Made by a program: the position numbers and the translations under genes
In this document: piece after piece, positions 27,517-37,325 of the stretch
Layout of the letters: the number at the start of each line of letters is the position of its first letter
Position numbering within the stretch: position 1 is the stretch's first letter
The notes under the pieces: model-generated
Database searches by the model: none
Told to the model about the DNA's origin: nothing
What the model saw: the letters and a program-made list of their open reading frames with translations, nothing else
Virus record (IMG/VR): IMGVR_UViG_3300045922_000293
Span: 49,161-113,160 of that record
Strand: one strand, 5' to 3'
DNA length: 64,000 bases
DNA from: a virus

Positions 27517-29865
27517 ATGTTACACACCGCCGCGACAGTCACGATCTCTACGATTATTCTACCAACCATCACGCTTCATCACGATCTGGTTCCAGGCGAA
27601 AAGCGATCCGATGCGCTTTTCTTAGAACACTGGACTAAAAAAACCCAATTTGACTCAGCAGAGGTGGATCACAGCTTCTTCGTCCTCCTCATGGAAGGAG
27701 TGAAGGGGGTAGGTCTCTATTCCAAGGCTTCTTCCATTAAAGAATTGTCAAAGGGGAAATACCGCATGACATTCACGGCGATGTCGCGCGTGAATCTTGT
27801 GGATGTGGATGTGGCAGGTGGTGTCTGTACTTTTGAACATACGGTATTTGAGGGGAAACTTCTTGAGAAGGATTACGGGAAACTGATTAAACATGCTGAA
27901 GCATTAAATTTTGTGCAAAATGGTGTGAAAGACATCCCCGGAATGAGTCTCAAGCATGATCTCCTTGTCTTGGGATACTTCTCTTATCGCCTAAGCTATC
28001 ACTCCGTGGCCATCTCGAAGTACAGCCACAAGATCATCAAAATGTCAGCCTCACAGGCCCGAGATATTCTTGAGGCGGGTAAGATTCATGTATGGATCAA
28101 GACCATCTTTGATCTTTTGTCTCAGAGCCTGTTGGCGGTTGAGGTTGAGGAAGAGACCGAGAAGGCCGTGACTGCTCAGACAAAAGAGATTCAAAAGAAT
28201 GCGATTATCCGTGAAAAGATCAAAGCTCTCCAGAAGCAGTTGTCCGATGAGGATGATTCAGATGGTATAGATTTCGAGTCACGTGTGATGGAAGCGGATC
28301 ATTTAACAAATGAAGCACGTACGGCGCTGATGAAGCACGTACGGCGCCTGAAAGCCATGCAGCAGACGTCATCTGAATATTCATCCCTGACGCAATATGT
28401 GGATACCTTGCTGTCCTTGCCTTGGAACCGTTCCAGTCAAGCAACGCCGTTGAGTATCGTGGATGCGAGATTGGCTTTGGAACAGCAGCATTATGGCATG
28501 GATCAAACCAAGAAGCGTATCCTTGAGTATCTCGCCGTATGCGCCTTAACGCCGCGGATGTCACCCCCGATCCTGTGTCTTGTAGGGCCCCCTGGTACGG
28601 GCAAGAGCACGATTGCACAGAGCATTGCCCAAGCATTAGGGCGTGTGTTTGAGCGTATTAGCTTAGGGGGCGCTCATGATGAGAATGAGATCAGGGGCCA
28701 CCGTCGCACTTATGTAGGTGCGATGCCGGGGCGTATTGTCAAGAGTTTGATCAAGGCTGGGGTGAATAACCCTGTATTGCTTCTCGATGAGATTGATAAA
28801 GTTGGCACGGGTAGGCATAGTGGTGGCGCTCAGGCCGCTTTACTTGAAGTGCTGGACCCATCGCAGTATCATACGTTCCATGACTATTATGTGGATATCC
28901 CCGTGAATCTCAGCACATCGGTCATGATCGCTACGGCGAATGATCTCAGTACGATCAGCCCCCCACTACGGGATCGTATGGAAATCATTGAGGTGCCGAG
29001 CTACACTTCTGTTGAAAAACTAGAGATCGTGAAGAGGCACTTGTATCCTCAATCTCTTGATCGTCACGGTTTAACCCCTGCTGATATTGAGATCGATGCC
29101 GATAGGATCTGGCCTCAAGTGATCAGTGATTACACAGCGGAGGCGGGTGTGCGGTCTTTATCCAAGAAGATCGACGCAGTGGTACGTCACAGCGCTCTGT
29201 TCAAGCTGGAGCATAAGAAGCCTTTTGAGGTGAGTTTGGCTTCCCTTGATGATGTGTTAGGTTTACCGATCTCAAGCCATGATCGTATTAAATCCTCACC
29301 ATCCATTGGCCTTGTGACGGGCTTGGCTTGGACGCCTGTGGGTGGGGATATTTTATTTATTGAGGCCGCCCGTGTTCAAGGGGGCCCGCCGGGCGAGATC
29401 AAGATCACGGGGTCTCTTGGTGATGTGATGCGTGAATCTGTGCAGGCGGCTTGGACGTATCTACGTACTTTGCCTGATTTGATCATCCCGCCTGATATCT
29501 CCATCCATGTCCACGTGCCCGCAGGGGCGACACCTAAAGACGGTCCCTCGGCTGGAATTGCCTTGATGGCAGCCCTTTTGTCGGTCATCACGGGGCATCT
29601 TATCCCTGCGGATCTTGCTATGACGGGGGAGATCACGATCAGGGGTGATGTGCTGGCTGTAGGCGGGATTCGTGAGAAATTGATTGCGGCGCACCGTAGT
29701 GGGGTGCGCACAGTGATTATGCCTACCACATGTAAGCCCCACATGCGGGAAGTTCCCCGCATCGTCCAAGATGATCTGACCGTGCATTACGTGTCTCATG
29801 CCTCCGATGTGATCACCTTGCTGGGGTTAGTGATCCCCTTACGTCAGAGCATCACCACCCCGTGA
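27517..29865 (+). CDS. lon: ATP-dependent Lon protease
   Basis: LPW, HYG...K.RILEYLAV, GPPGTGKS, GHRRTYVGAMPG, LLDEIDK, GLAWT..GG, PKDGPSAG (catalytic Ser), GGIREK (catalytic Lys). Confidence 0.95.
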   Translation: MLHTAATVTISTIILPTITLHHDLVPGEKRSDALFLEHWTKKTQFDSAEVDHSFFVLLMEGVKGVGLYSKASSIKELSKGKYRMTFTAMSRVNLVDVDVAGGVCTFEHTVFEGKLLEKDYGKLIKHAEALNFVQNGVKDIPGMSLKHDLLVLGYFSYRLSYHSVAISKYSHKIIKMSASQARDILEAGKIHVWIKTIFDLLSQSLLAVEVEEETEKAVTAQTKEIQKNAIIREKIKALQKQLSDEDDSDGIDFESRVMEADHLTNEARTALMKHVRRLKAMQQTSSEYSSLTQYVDTLLSLPWNRSSQATPLSIVDARLALEQQHYGMDQTKKRILEYLAVCALTPRMSPPILCLVGPPGTGKSTIAQSIAQALGRVFERISLGGAHDENEIRGHRRTYVGAMPGRIVKSLIKAGVNNPVLLLDEIDKVGTGRHSGGAQAALLEVLDPSQYHTFHDYYVDIPVNLSTSVMIATANDLSTISPPLRDRMEIIEVPSYTSVEKLEIVKRHLYPQSLDRHGLTPADIEIDADRIWPQVISDYTAEAGVRSLSKKIDAVVRHSALFKLEHKKPFEVSLASLDDVLGLPISSHDRIKSSPSIGLVTGLAWTPVGGDILFIEAARVQGGPPGEIKITGSLGDVMRESVQAAWTYLRTLPDLIIPPDISIHVHVPAGATPKDGPSAGIALMAALLSVITGHLIPADLAMTGEITIRGDVLAVGGIREKLIAAHRSGVRTVIMPTTCKPHMREVPRIVQDDLTVHYVSHASDVITLLGLVIPLRQSITTP

Positions 29866-29950
29866 GGATCCATAGCACGAATGCGGGTGTCAAGTCGGCC
29901 ATTGATGTACCAAGATGTTAGGTTGTGTTCTTGTGTGTGGGGTATAAACA

Positions 29951-30457
29951 CTAAAACGCTGATAAGAGCCAAGCAATATGCCGTGACATCTGCGCCCAAC
30001 CTAATACAATGGATTTTTGAGTCACCACATTATCAAGGAATCGTGTCACAACAATCTTGTCACTGATCTCACAGAGAATCTTGCGCTCCCCTTGGACAAA
30101 GGTCAGTGATATGCCATCGAGGAGCTGAAGCGTCGGCCCCACGGCGATATGAGCGCGCGATGCTAGACTTAAAAATAACATTGTATTGTGGTATAACGTG
30201 GTTTTGGTCTGTTTGAGAGCAGCTTGAAAGAACAAAAAATCTTCTTGAAGATGTTTCTGGTCTACTTCCTCCAAAATGATCTCTTCGATCGATGAGACGG
30301 GCCGGTTATTGCGCAATAACGTCTCACCTTCTTTATGAGTTTTGGCGAGATTCAAAGGTCTGTACAGATCCTCGAACGCCTCACTATCCTCCTCCTCATT
30401 GACAGGGGGTTTGATCTTGCTGCTTGACCAATGGAATCTCTTCGATTTGTTTTCCAT
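29951..30457 (-). CDS. hypothetical protein
   Basis: AAGGGGG RBS before the ATG at 30457 (track extends to 30571). Confidence 0.55.
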   Translation of the reverse strand: MENKSKRFHWSSSKIKPPVNEEEDSEAFEDLYRPLNLAKTHKEGETLLRNNRPVSSIEEIILEEVDQKHLQEDFLFFQAALKQTKTTLYHNTMLFLSLASRAHIAVGPTLQLLDGISLTFVQGERKILCEISDKIVVTRFLDNVVTQKSIVLGWAQMSRHIAWLLSAF

Positions 30458-30746
30458 GATTACCCCCTTCTGTCCCTGAACTAGAGACACTAAACTCCAA
30501 GTTAAAAAAAGCTCGTGTGACCACGATGCAACGTCCATCCGCGGAGTGCTGTAAAGACACCGCCTTGTCATTCGATGCCCTAAGATGGTAGATGTTCCCT
30601 TGTTTATTCCGATACATTTTTGACACGTTTTTGCTCCCGCAGCAATATACTATCCCCGCAAAGCGCATAGGTATTAATAAATGCCATTCTTGTGAGGGCA
30701 CCCCCTTGGGTGTGGAATGTGTAGAAAGGTATAGACGGGTATCCTA

Positions 30747-31109
30747 ATGGCCGCAGATGATATGACAACAAGACTGCTGTTGCAAACCCTAGAGGCGTTT
30801 GAGCCCATCAGGGAAGATGTGACAGAGCTTAGAAGGGATATTGCAGATTTAAGGGTAAGACACGCGAATGTGAGCGTGATCGATGCTAGACTTAAGCACA
30901 TTGGTACGACCATTGAAGGCTTGAATGATAAGATCAAGGTCTTGGGTCAAACCGTAGATGAAAAACATAAGGCGCTTGATGCTAGACTTGATACGATTGA
31001 GAAGACCCATGCCCGCTGGCTAGGGGCGCTTGGCGTGGTGGCCGTGATCTTAGGTCTGATCTCAGGGCATCTTGTCAAATGGTTAGGTGCTTTGATGGTT
31101 GCCCCATAA
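30747..31109 (+). CDS. coiled-coil protein with C-terminal transmembrane helix (holin/XhlA-like)
   Basis: Heptads followed by WLGALGVVAVILGLI. Confidence 0.55.
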   Translation: MAADDMTTRLLLQTLEAFEPIREDVTELRRDIADLRVRHANVSVIDARLKHIGTTIEGLNDKIKVLGQTVDEKHKALDARLDTIEKTHARWLGALGVVAVILGLISGHLVKWLGALMVAP

Positions 31110-31755
31110 TGAGCCTATTTCTATGCGATATGAACATGAATTAAGTGCCCTGTTGACAGCTTATCTCACCTCAATGGGGTATTGTGTTCATGGTGAGGTA
31201 AGTGTGTTTCATCGCACTTTGACATTTGATCATGTGGCGCATCTTGGTCCGTGTGATTGCCCCGAGTATGTGCTCACATTTCAATTGAAGCTAGGATTTA
31301 CGCAAGACCTTATACGTCAAATGATGCGTGATGATCTTGGTCATTATGGTGATGCGCATTATATGGTGACGCCTAAGAAGCGCGGCTATACACGCGATCT
31401 TTATGCTGCGAAACTTGATCATTCGTGGTATATTAAGCCTGGCTGGATCGTGATCGGTGAGGAAGCGGATCTGATCGTAGATGCCACTGTGATGAATCCT
31501 CACTATGCTCTAAGAAATAAGTACAGGCTGCTTCTCACGGAGGCGAATAGGGGCATGATTGGGGGTGTCAAGGGCGAGGTGTATGACACTCACTGGAAGC
31601 TAGCCTGTAGATATCATCGGGAGTGCTCACAGCATAATCCGCTTTATTTGCAGAATACACAATCCATGAAGCAAGTGATAGCAAATGCGCCTTCCGCATT
31701 GAAGTGTTATAAGAATTTGGCAGCTACACTAAAAAAGGTAGCAAAATGCAAGTAA
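31099..31755 (+). CDS. DUF2161-like PD-(D/E)XK-fold protein
   Basis: E.EL...L..YL...GY.V.GEV...D.VA...(Q)LKLGF..DLI.Q matches the DUF2161 pattern as recalled; Q occupies the usual E position. Confidence 0.55.
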   Translation: MPHNEPISMRYEHELSALLTAYLTSMGYCVHGEVSVFHRTLTFDHVAHLGPCDCPEYVLTFQLKLGFTQDLIRQMMRDDLGHYGDAHYMVTPKKRGYTRDLYAAKLDHSWYIKPGWIVIGEEADLIVDATVMNPHYALRNKYRLLLTEANRGMIGGVKGEVYDTHWKLACRYHRECSQHNPLYLQNTQSMKQVIANAPSALKCYKNLAATLKKVAKCK

Positions 31756-32072
31756 ATGTAGAAAGAATCGTACAAGCTTATTTGAAGAAAGCGAAGGCGC
31801 ATTGTTTGCGATTGCGCCCTACACCACATTCGGGCGAGGTCAGAGTTTATTTTGATTATGAGGAGGGTCAGCCTACATGTCAGATAGTAGGTATTCAGGG
31901 GAATGATCAAAAGGCGTTTCCGCGTGAGGGGGAGTCCTTTGACGCGATCAAGCGTTGGGTCCACATGAATCCAAAAGCACAGGTATATCATGCCTCATTA
32001 GGATGGCTATCTCGTCCCGATATGAATGCATGGCAGCATCTTAGGGCTTATTTTTCAGGATCAGAAGAATGA
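31746..32072 (+). CDS. hypothetical protein
   Basis: Overlaps both neighbours; AAGGT upstream. Confidence 0.6.
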   Translation: MQVNVERIVQAYLKKAKAHCLRLRPTPHSGEVRVYFDYEEGQPTCQIVGIQGNDQKAFPREGESFDAIKRWVHMNPKAQVYHASLGWLSRPDMNAWQHLRAYFSGSEE

Positions 32073-32641
32073 GACGTGATACAATCACTAAAACGGCTCG
32101 CGTGAATGACACAACGGCCCGCGTTTATATTACCTTATATGATGATCATCAAGATCCCGCCCTAGACATCTCTGAGCATGACGTCTTTGCCCGGGTATCT
32201 AAGAATGGTGATCCTCAAACTTTTGAGACCTTCACGGCATTGACATGGGCGGAATTAGACCCACTTGATATACCGGGCGTCTATGTGATCACGCTCCCCG
32301 CCCCATGGTTAGATACAGTGGGGACGGTGTTCATTCGTGTAGACCCCGTCGCCGCCCCGCCCCAAACGGTTCAAGGTGTGGATTTGATTGTCGAGGTGCA
32401 TCCACTTGACTTGACGGATCTGGATCTCCAGATGAAGCGTGTCTTGGGATTATGTCAGGAGAATTATAGGGTCACGGGGCAGACATATAATCCTCGCGGT
32501 GATTTAATCAGCGCCATCTTGAGTATTTATGAAAATGCGGCGGATACCACGGCGGATATGAACCCGATTGCAACGTATCGTGTCTCGGCTAGTTATGACG
32601 GGACGGGGCGCTTGATTGAGTATGTTGTGACGCGGGATTGA
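32069..32641 (+). CDS. putative virion structural protein
   Basis: Ig-like N-terminal part (PGVY.I......DTVG); first gene of the large structural block. Confidence 0.55.
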   Translation: MRRDTITKTARVNDTTARVYITLYDDHQDPALDISEHDVFARVSKNGDPQTFETFTALTWAELDPLDIPGVYVITLPAPWLDTVGTVFIRVDPVAAPPQTVQGVDLIVEVHPLDLTDLDLQMKRVLGLCQENYRVTGQTYNPRGDLISAILSIYENAADTTADMNPIATYRVSASYDGTGRLIEYVVTRD

Positions 32642-32642
32642 G

Positions 32643-35600
32643 ATGATTCAAAAAGAGCGATTTGAGAAGAGCAAGCTGTTCCGGGGGGAATACGGGGCCT
32701 ATGTGATGACACGCTTCCCCGGTGAGATTCTTCTCAACGGGGTCGATCCCATAGCTCTTGTATTTACGGATAAAGCCCCGCTCACGCACCCACGCGCTGG
32801 CCTGCTAGCCGTAGCGTCTGATGTGATCGTGACCATAGATGGCAATCCCTCCTTGATCTTTGATATCGATCCATTGTTGGGCATCATTTATGTACGCGGT
32901 CATATCTTCGCGGGATCAAGCGTACAAGTTGAATATACGACGACACCTCATATCATTACACCTATCACGGGGATGAATGATCCGAATTATCTTCTGAATC
33001 AATTTAAAAATGATTATGCACATCCATTTACCTATTCAAGTGTCTTAGCCCCTTTTACCCCCCCTCCACAAGCCCTCACACGCGGGCATCGTTATAGGGC
33101 TTTTGAACGGGCTTATTCTTCTTTTACAAATGATCCTACATCTATGGTGTTGAATGAAGACAACAACAAGGCATTTGTCAATGAGGCCCTTGCGAACTTC
33201 ACTCCTCAAGAGATAGGATTTGAATCCGCATCTCAATCCCCACCGCGGGACTTTGAGCATATTGGACCCTCATTAGGGGTGTTCTTACCTCAGGGGGGAT
33301 ATCGTCTTGAGGACCTTCAAAGGTCAGATGACCTTATAGGCGCTGATCCTAACTTCTTTAGGAAGGCTGTGGATCTTCCCGACCAATACAGGGCTTTGGT
33401 CAATGCACGCCTCCGTGTGGATAGCTATACGGCGGAGAATGATTGGACGGGTGCAGCTTTTGGATATGCGGATGGCGGCAGGCTTTATTTTGTAGCTTTT
33501 CTTGATATTTCAGGATTCCGTACTGTGGCGCTTTTACGTTATGCGGGTGATGAATCACGTGCCACAAGTTATAGGGGTATGTCCGCCGTGGTAGAAGATC
33601 GCGGATTAGGGGCTAATCTTCTCGTGTGGCATGGCCCGCCGCCTTTTTTAGAAGGTACAAGACTTCTCTTTGATCATACCATGATTCGAGCGGCTGATGT
33701 GATTATTCAAGATCCTTTACAGCCTTCACAGTTTCTTATTGAGTTAAGTGGCCCACTACCGATGGCCGCATCTTATGATGTCATGATTGAGCAAGATTAT
33801 AGTAAAGATCAAACTTATAGGCTTACACTAGATCAGAATAGGATCGCCCTGTTTAGGTCCGCTTTTCCTTCCCCGTTGATGACTTTGGATCGTGATGAGG
33901 CCGCCGTAGCCCCACAAGTTTACGGCGCACTTGTTCGCCCGCAGGAAGTTTTCTGGGGTGCGTTATCGCGACGTGCAAGCACTGTGATCACGGTTTCTTT
34001 TTTGCGGTATAATTATATCCCTCTTATCACGCAGGACATATCCTTCAGGGAGCAGGTGCGCTATAACGCAGATGTGTTACCTGATCTTGCGGGATTTACC
34101 CCCGCCGTGCGTCATGGCGCGCCTTCATTGATAGGGCATACACTTCATCTACAGACCACGGGTCGTATAGATTCTCAAGGTATTGTGTATGATCGTGATG
34201 AGCCTTTTTTATCAGATCAGACCGCGATTCAGGTGATCTTCAGGGCGCGGGTGCAAAGCATGATCGTAGGGCAGCCCTTTACCCTTGTCTGTGCGGATGG
34301 CGTAAGAGAATTGACCCTCACAATCCTGAACAGTTATGCACAAGATGCGGTGATCAAAGCCGAAGAGACCTTATTGACATCGGGCCTTGAATTTCTACCC
34401 CCGAATCACATTGTGAATGCAGAGGCACTTTTTGAATCCGCTCAACATTTTGCACATGTGCTTTCAGGGGTAACATTTCCTGAAAATGAGGCATGGCAAT
34501 CTAATTTCACCGATCCTTTTCAATTTGAAGATCGAGCTATTCTATTTGATCATAATGGCCTTCAAACGAATCAAATATCGAAATCTGCAAACATTGCATC
34601 AAATCATTGGGTATGTGTTCACAGGATCAGTGTTGTTGAAGGCTACGAGGTCAATTCGTCCAATGCATTCGCTATTCCTGTTTATTGGGGTCTTGAAGAT
34701 GGCACGATTTCAGCGTTTTTGACCTTTACTGACAATGGTACAAAATATGTGGCCGTATGTGATCACAATGGTCAAGTGGTGATCACGACGGGGATGGGAC
34801 GCTTGCAATTTGCGTTCGATTGGCAGACGGATACGTTTTATACCGTAAGGCTCTTGAGAAATGCGGGATTTTTGACCCTGAGCATTGATGGTGCGGTCCT
34901 AGCTGTGATCCCGATCACCGATCTTGCTGCTTCCCCTGGCTCTACCGTGATGACACGCTTGGTCTTGTTACAAGGGCATCGTGTTCTCGTCAAGACGGAA
35001 GGCTTCTTCGCACATAGTACAGATATGAGTGTCACCGATCGCCGTGTAGGTATTTATAGGGGTGGGCATAGACTTTTAGCATCTTCTTACACAACTGCAT
35101 CTGTATCCCCGTCATGGTTTGGTAATTTTGTTGAGTTGAAGGTCTTCCGCGATCCAAAGCAGGATATTGTTCAGGTATTCGCGGATGATGTCTTAATTCT
35201 TGATATGCCTTACACCATGCTTCCGGAACAGACATCTTTAGATCAATTGAGTGTTTCAAATAGGTCTTTTGTGTCTTTTGGGTCGTTTGACGGCAGGTCT
35301 CTTGCAAATGTGAGTTTAGATTATCTTAGGTATGACATCCGATCAAGTTTCACACGAAACCGCACATTACCTCGATCGGCGCTCAATACAGCTCATGTGA
35401 TCACATCCCCTGAACCTTTACAAGATACAGAGGCATCACAGGCGGTCATTGTATCTGATACGAAGTTTCGTGTCAGGATTTCGCAAATCGATCGCAATCC
35501 CATCATCATTATCAGTGTCACATCCCTAGACGGCGGAGTGATGTACCCCTTTGCATGGTCTCTGGGGAATCGTCATATCATGATTTTAGGTGCGGGTTTG

Positions 35601-36302
35601 CCTTCAGATCGGACCCCCGTGATAGTGACATTCTTGGAAGGCCCCGTATGGACAGAAGCCTACCTGAGATCACGACCTGCGAACACACGGCTATTAGGAG
35701 ATACGCCTATTGTCCCACTATCCCAGCAGGCATTGCTTGTACGTAGTACGGAACCTTCCGAGCCCCTTGAGGCCAGCCCCACTACAGACATCACGGATCT
35801 GCTCTTCAACCAATCGCGGGTTTTGACGGATGGTGTCCATACAATCACGTTCAGTATTGTGTCCCCCGGCAATTATCACAGACCTTATTACACGGGTCTT
35901 GAGGTGTATACGGATAGCTGCGGATCAGATGATGTGCCCCTAAGCCCCGCATGTGATCACTTTACACAGATTTCTTTAGATACCCCGTATGAAGACACTT
36001 ATAGGATCCCTCTACAAGGGGATCCTACATTACCTTTCCCTTTCCTTTTGACATCTTCGCTATTAACAGATCAGGGTTTTGTGCTGATGCCGTATGCGCC
36101 TTACCCCATAAGTCTGACCCTAGCGTGGGGTTTGGATGATGCGACGTTACCCCTAGACGATAGATGGTCGGGTGCGTTGGAAGACTTCGCGGGGTCATCC
36201 TTACTGACCTTTGTGGGGTCTACTCTGACCACATCGGGTGCGGGGACGACCGTCTTCACCCTGACCACACCTCCTCTATCTGTGGTGACGCCGCTGTCCT
36301 GA
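32643..36302 (+). CDS. large virion structural protein (baseplate/fibre; beta-sandwich rich)
   Basis: 1,219 aa; N-terminal domain shared with the sheath and neck proteins; lectin/LamG-like segments. Confidence 0.65.
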   Translation: MIQKERFEKSKLFRGEYGAYVMTRFPGEILLNGVDPIALVFTDKAPLTHPRAGLLAVASDVIVTIDGNPSLIFDIDPLLGIIYVRGHIFAGSSVQVEYTTTPHIITPITGMNDPNYLLNQFKNDYAHPFTYSSVLAPFTPPPQALTRGHRYRAFERAYSSFTNDPTSMVLNEDNNKAFVNEALANFTPQEIGFESASQSPPRDFEHIGPSLGVFLPQGGYRLEDLQRSDDLIGADPNFFRKAVDLPDQYRALVNARLRVDSYTAENDWTGAAFGYADGGRLYFVAFLDISGFRTVALLRYAGDESRATSYRGMSAVVEDRGLGANLLVWHGPPPFLEGTRLLFDHTMIRAADVIIQDPLQPSQFLIELSGPLPMAASYDVMIEQDYSKDQTYRLTLDQNRIALFRSAFPSPLMTLDRDEAAVAPQVYGALVRPQEVFWGALSRRASTVITVSFLRYNYIPLITQDISFREQVRYNADVLPDLAGFTPAVRHGAPSLIGHTLHLQTTGRIDSQGIVYDRDEPFLSDQTAIQVIFRARVQSMIVGQPFTLVCADGVRELTLTILNSYAQDAVIKAEETLLTSGLEFLPPNHIVNAEALFESAQHFAHVLSGVTFPENEAWQSNFTDPFQFEDRAILFDHNGLQTNQISKSANIASNHWVCVHRISVVEGYEVNSSNAFAIPVYWGLEDGTISAFLTFTDNGTKYVAVCDHNGQVVITTGMGRLQFAFDWQTDTFYTVRLLRNAGFLTLSIDGAVLAVIPITDLAASPGSTVMTRLVLLQGHRVLVKTEGFFAHSTDMSVTDRRVGIYRGGHRLLASSYTTASVSPSWFGNFVELKVFRDPKQDIVQVFADDVLILDMPYTMLPEQTSLDQLSVSNRSFVSFGSFDGRSLANVSLDYLRYDIRSSFTRNRTLPRSALNTAHVITSPEPLQDTEASQAVIVSDTKFRVRISQIDRNPIIIISVTSLDGGVMYPFAWSLGNRHIMILGAGLPSDRTPVIVTFLEGPVWTEAYLRSRPANTRLLGDTPIVPLSQQALLVRSTEPSEPLEASPTTDITDLLFNQSRVLTDGVHTITFSIVSPGNYHRPYYTGLEVYTDSCGSDDVPLSPACDHFTQISLDTPYEDTYRIPLQGDPTLPFPFLLTSSLLTDQGFVLMPYAPYPISLTLAWGLDDATLPLDDRWSGALEDFAGSSLLTFVGSTLTTSGAGTTVFTLTTPPLSVVTPLS

Positions 36303-36383
36303 TTCGCGAACCTGTAGCGATCGTTGAAGTGCTGAGGGGGTTCGCGGAAACGGAACCATTGGGGCTCTTTAGGGGATTTTATG

Positions 36384-36410
36384 TTGTGTTGTCGTGAGTG
36401 TTGTAGTAGG
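36384..36410 (+). promoter_or_regulatory. copy 3 of the TTG-N7-RTGA-N2-STTG motif
   Basis: TTGtgttgtcGTGAgtGTTGtAGTA; flanks share CTCTTTAGGG and CATACCAAGT with 5310-5432. Confidence 0.45.
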
Positions 36411-36593
36411 GTGGTTAGCGGTCGGACCTTAGTCCTACCACATACCAAGTGCCCCCTAAGAGGATGAGGGCATCCTCCACCTTAAGGTGGAGAATCGGAA
36501 AGACACATCGCTGCTCACGGGTCTGATCTCCTCCTTATGATGGAGGATCGGATAGAAATGATCGGCGCGGACATGAAAAAATGTCTTAATATC

Positions 36594-36638
36594 TTGATCC
36601 TACATAGGCCCCCTTTTGGAGAGCCTATGTAGGATCAA
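36594..36638. repeat. perfect 16-bp inverted repeat, 13-nt loop
   Basis: ttgatcctacataggc ... gcctatgtaggatcaa, 12 nt before ATG 36651. Confidence 0.9.
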
Positions 36639-36650
36639 AAGAAATAGAGA

Positions 36651-37313
36651 ATGGATATGCCCAAGAATATCTTAACGTCTAAGCTCTGCGCTTATGTGGC
36701 GTCGGCACGCAGCGCAATGGGCCTCACTCATTATGACGATGTACCTACCCCCCGTATGCGAGGCGATATTTTTTTCCGCATGATTGATACATCTACTGGT
36801 GAGGTGTTGTGTGATCACGCGATTCGTAACATCATCACGCGCGACATGTCCATTCTTGTGGCTCGATTGCTCAGATCAAATGGAGAGCCTTCACGTGGGT
36901 TGTCTATGCTCGCTGTGGGTACGGGCGATATAGGTTGGAACCCTATGGCCCCTCCCGTAGAGACAAACACGCAGAGATCTCTCTACAATGAGATCGCGCG
37001 TAAGCCCTTTGCGATGACAACTTTTGTGGATGCAGGGGGGAATCCGACGCTTATTCCCACAAATGTGATTGATCTGACTACCACATTCTCCGAAGCGGAG
37101 GCTGTTGGGCCGCTTGTTGAGATGGGATTGTTGGGCGGGGATGCGGACCCGATGAATATTGCATTGACAAATCCAATCCTTCCTCCTAACGGACCTTATG
37201 ATCCGGCTGAGAATGTGGTGGGTAAGGATATGTTGTGTAATTATAAAACATTTCCTGTGATTAACAAGCCCGCCACGGCTACATTGACAATTACTTGGCG
37301 CATTACGACTTAA
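36651..37313 (+). CDS. putative baseplate / tail-collar protein
   Basis: NII...., AVGTG, L.NEIARK, F...EA.G.L.EMGL, F.VINK......WRI pattern of tail-collar/baseplate proteins. Confidence 0.7.
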   Translation: MDMPKNILTSKLCAYVASARSAMGLTHYDDVPTPRMRGDIFFRMIDTSTGEVLCDHAIRNIITRDMSILVARLLRSNGEPSRGLSMLAVGTGDIGWNPMAPPVETNTQRSLYNEIARKPFAMTTFVDAGGNPTLIPTNVIDLTTTFSEAEAVGPLVEMGLLGGDADPMNIALTNPILPPNGPYDPAENVVGKDMLCNYKTFPVINKPATATLTITWRITT

Positions 37314-37325
37314 TGGATTAAGCAC

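Noticed and set aside
16738-29865. Cellular chromosome origin, suggested by groEL, gyrB and lon
   Set aside because: The genes are divergent, lack their usual operon partners (groES, gyrA, dnaN/recF, clpX) and are interleaved with virion and phage replication genes; a chimeric assembly cannot be fully excluded without reads.
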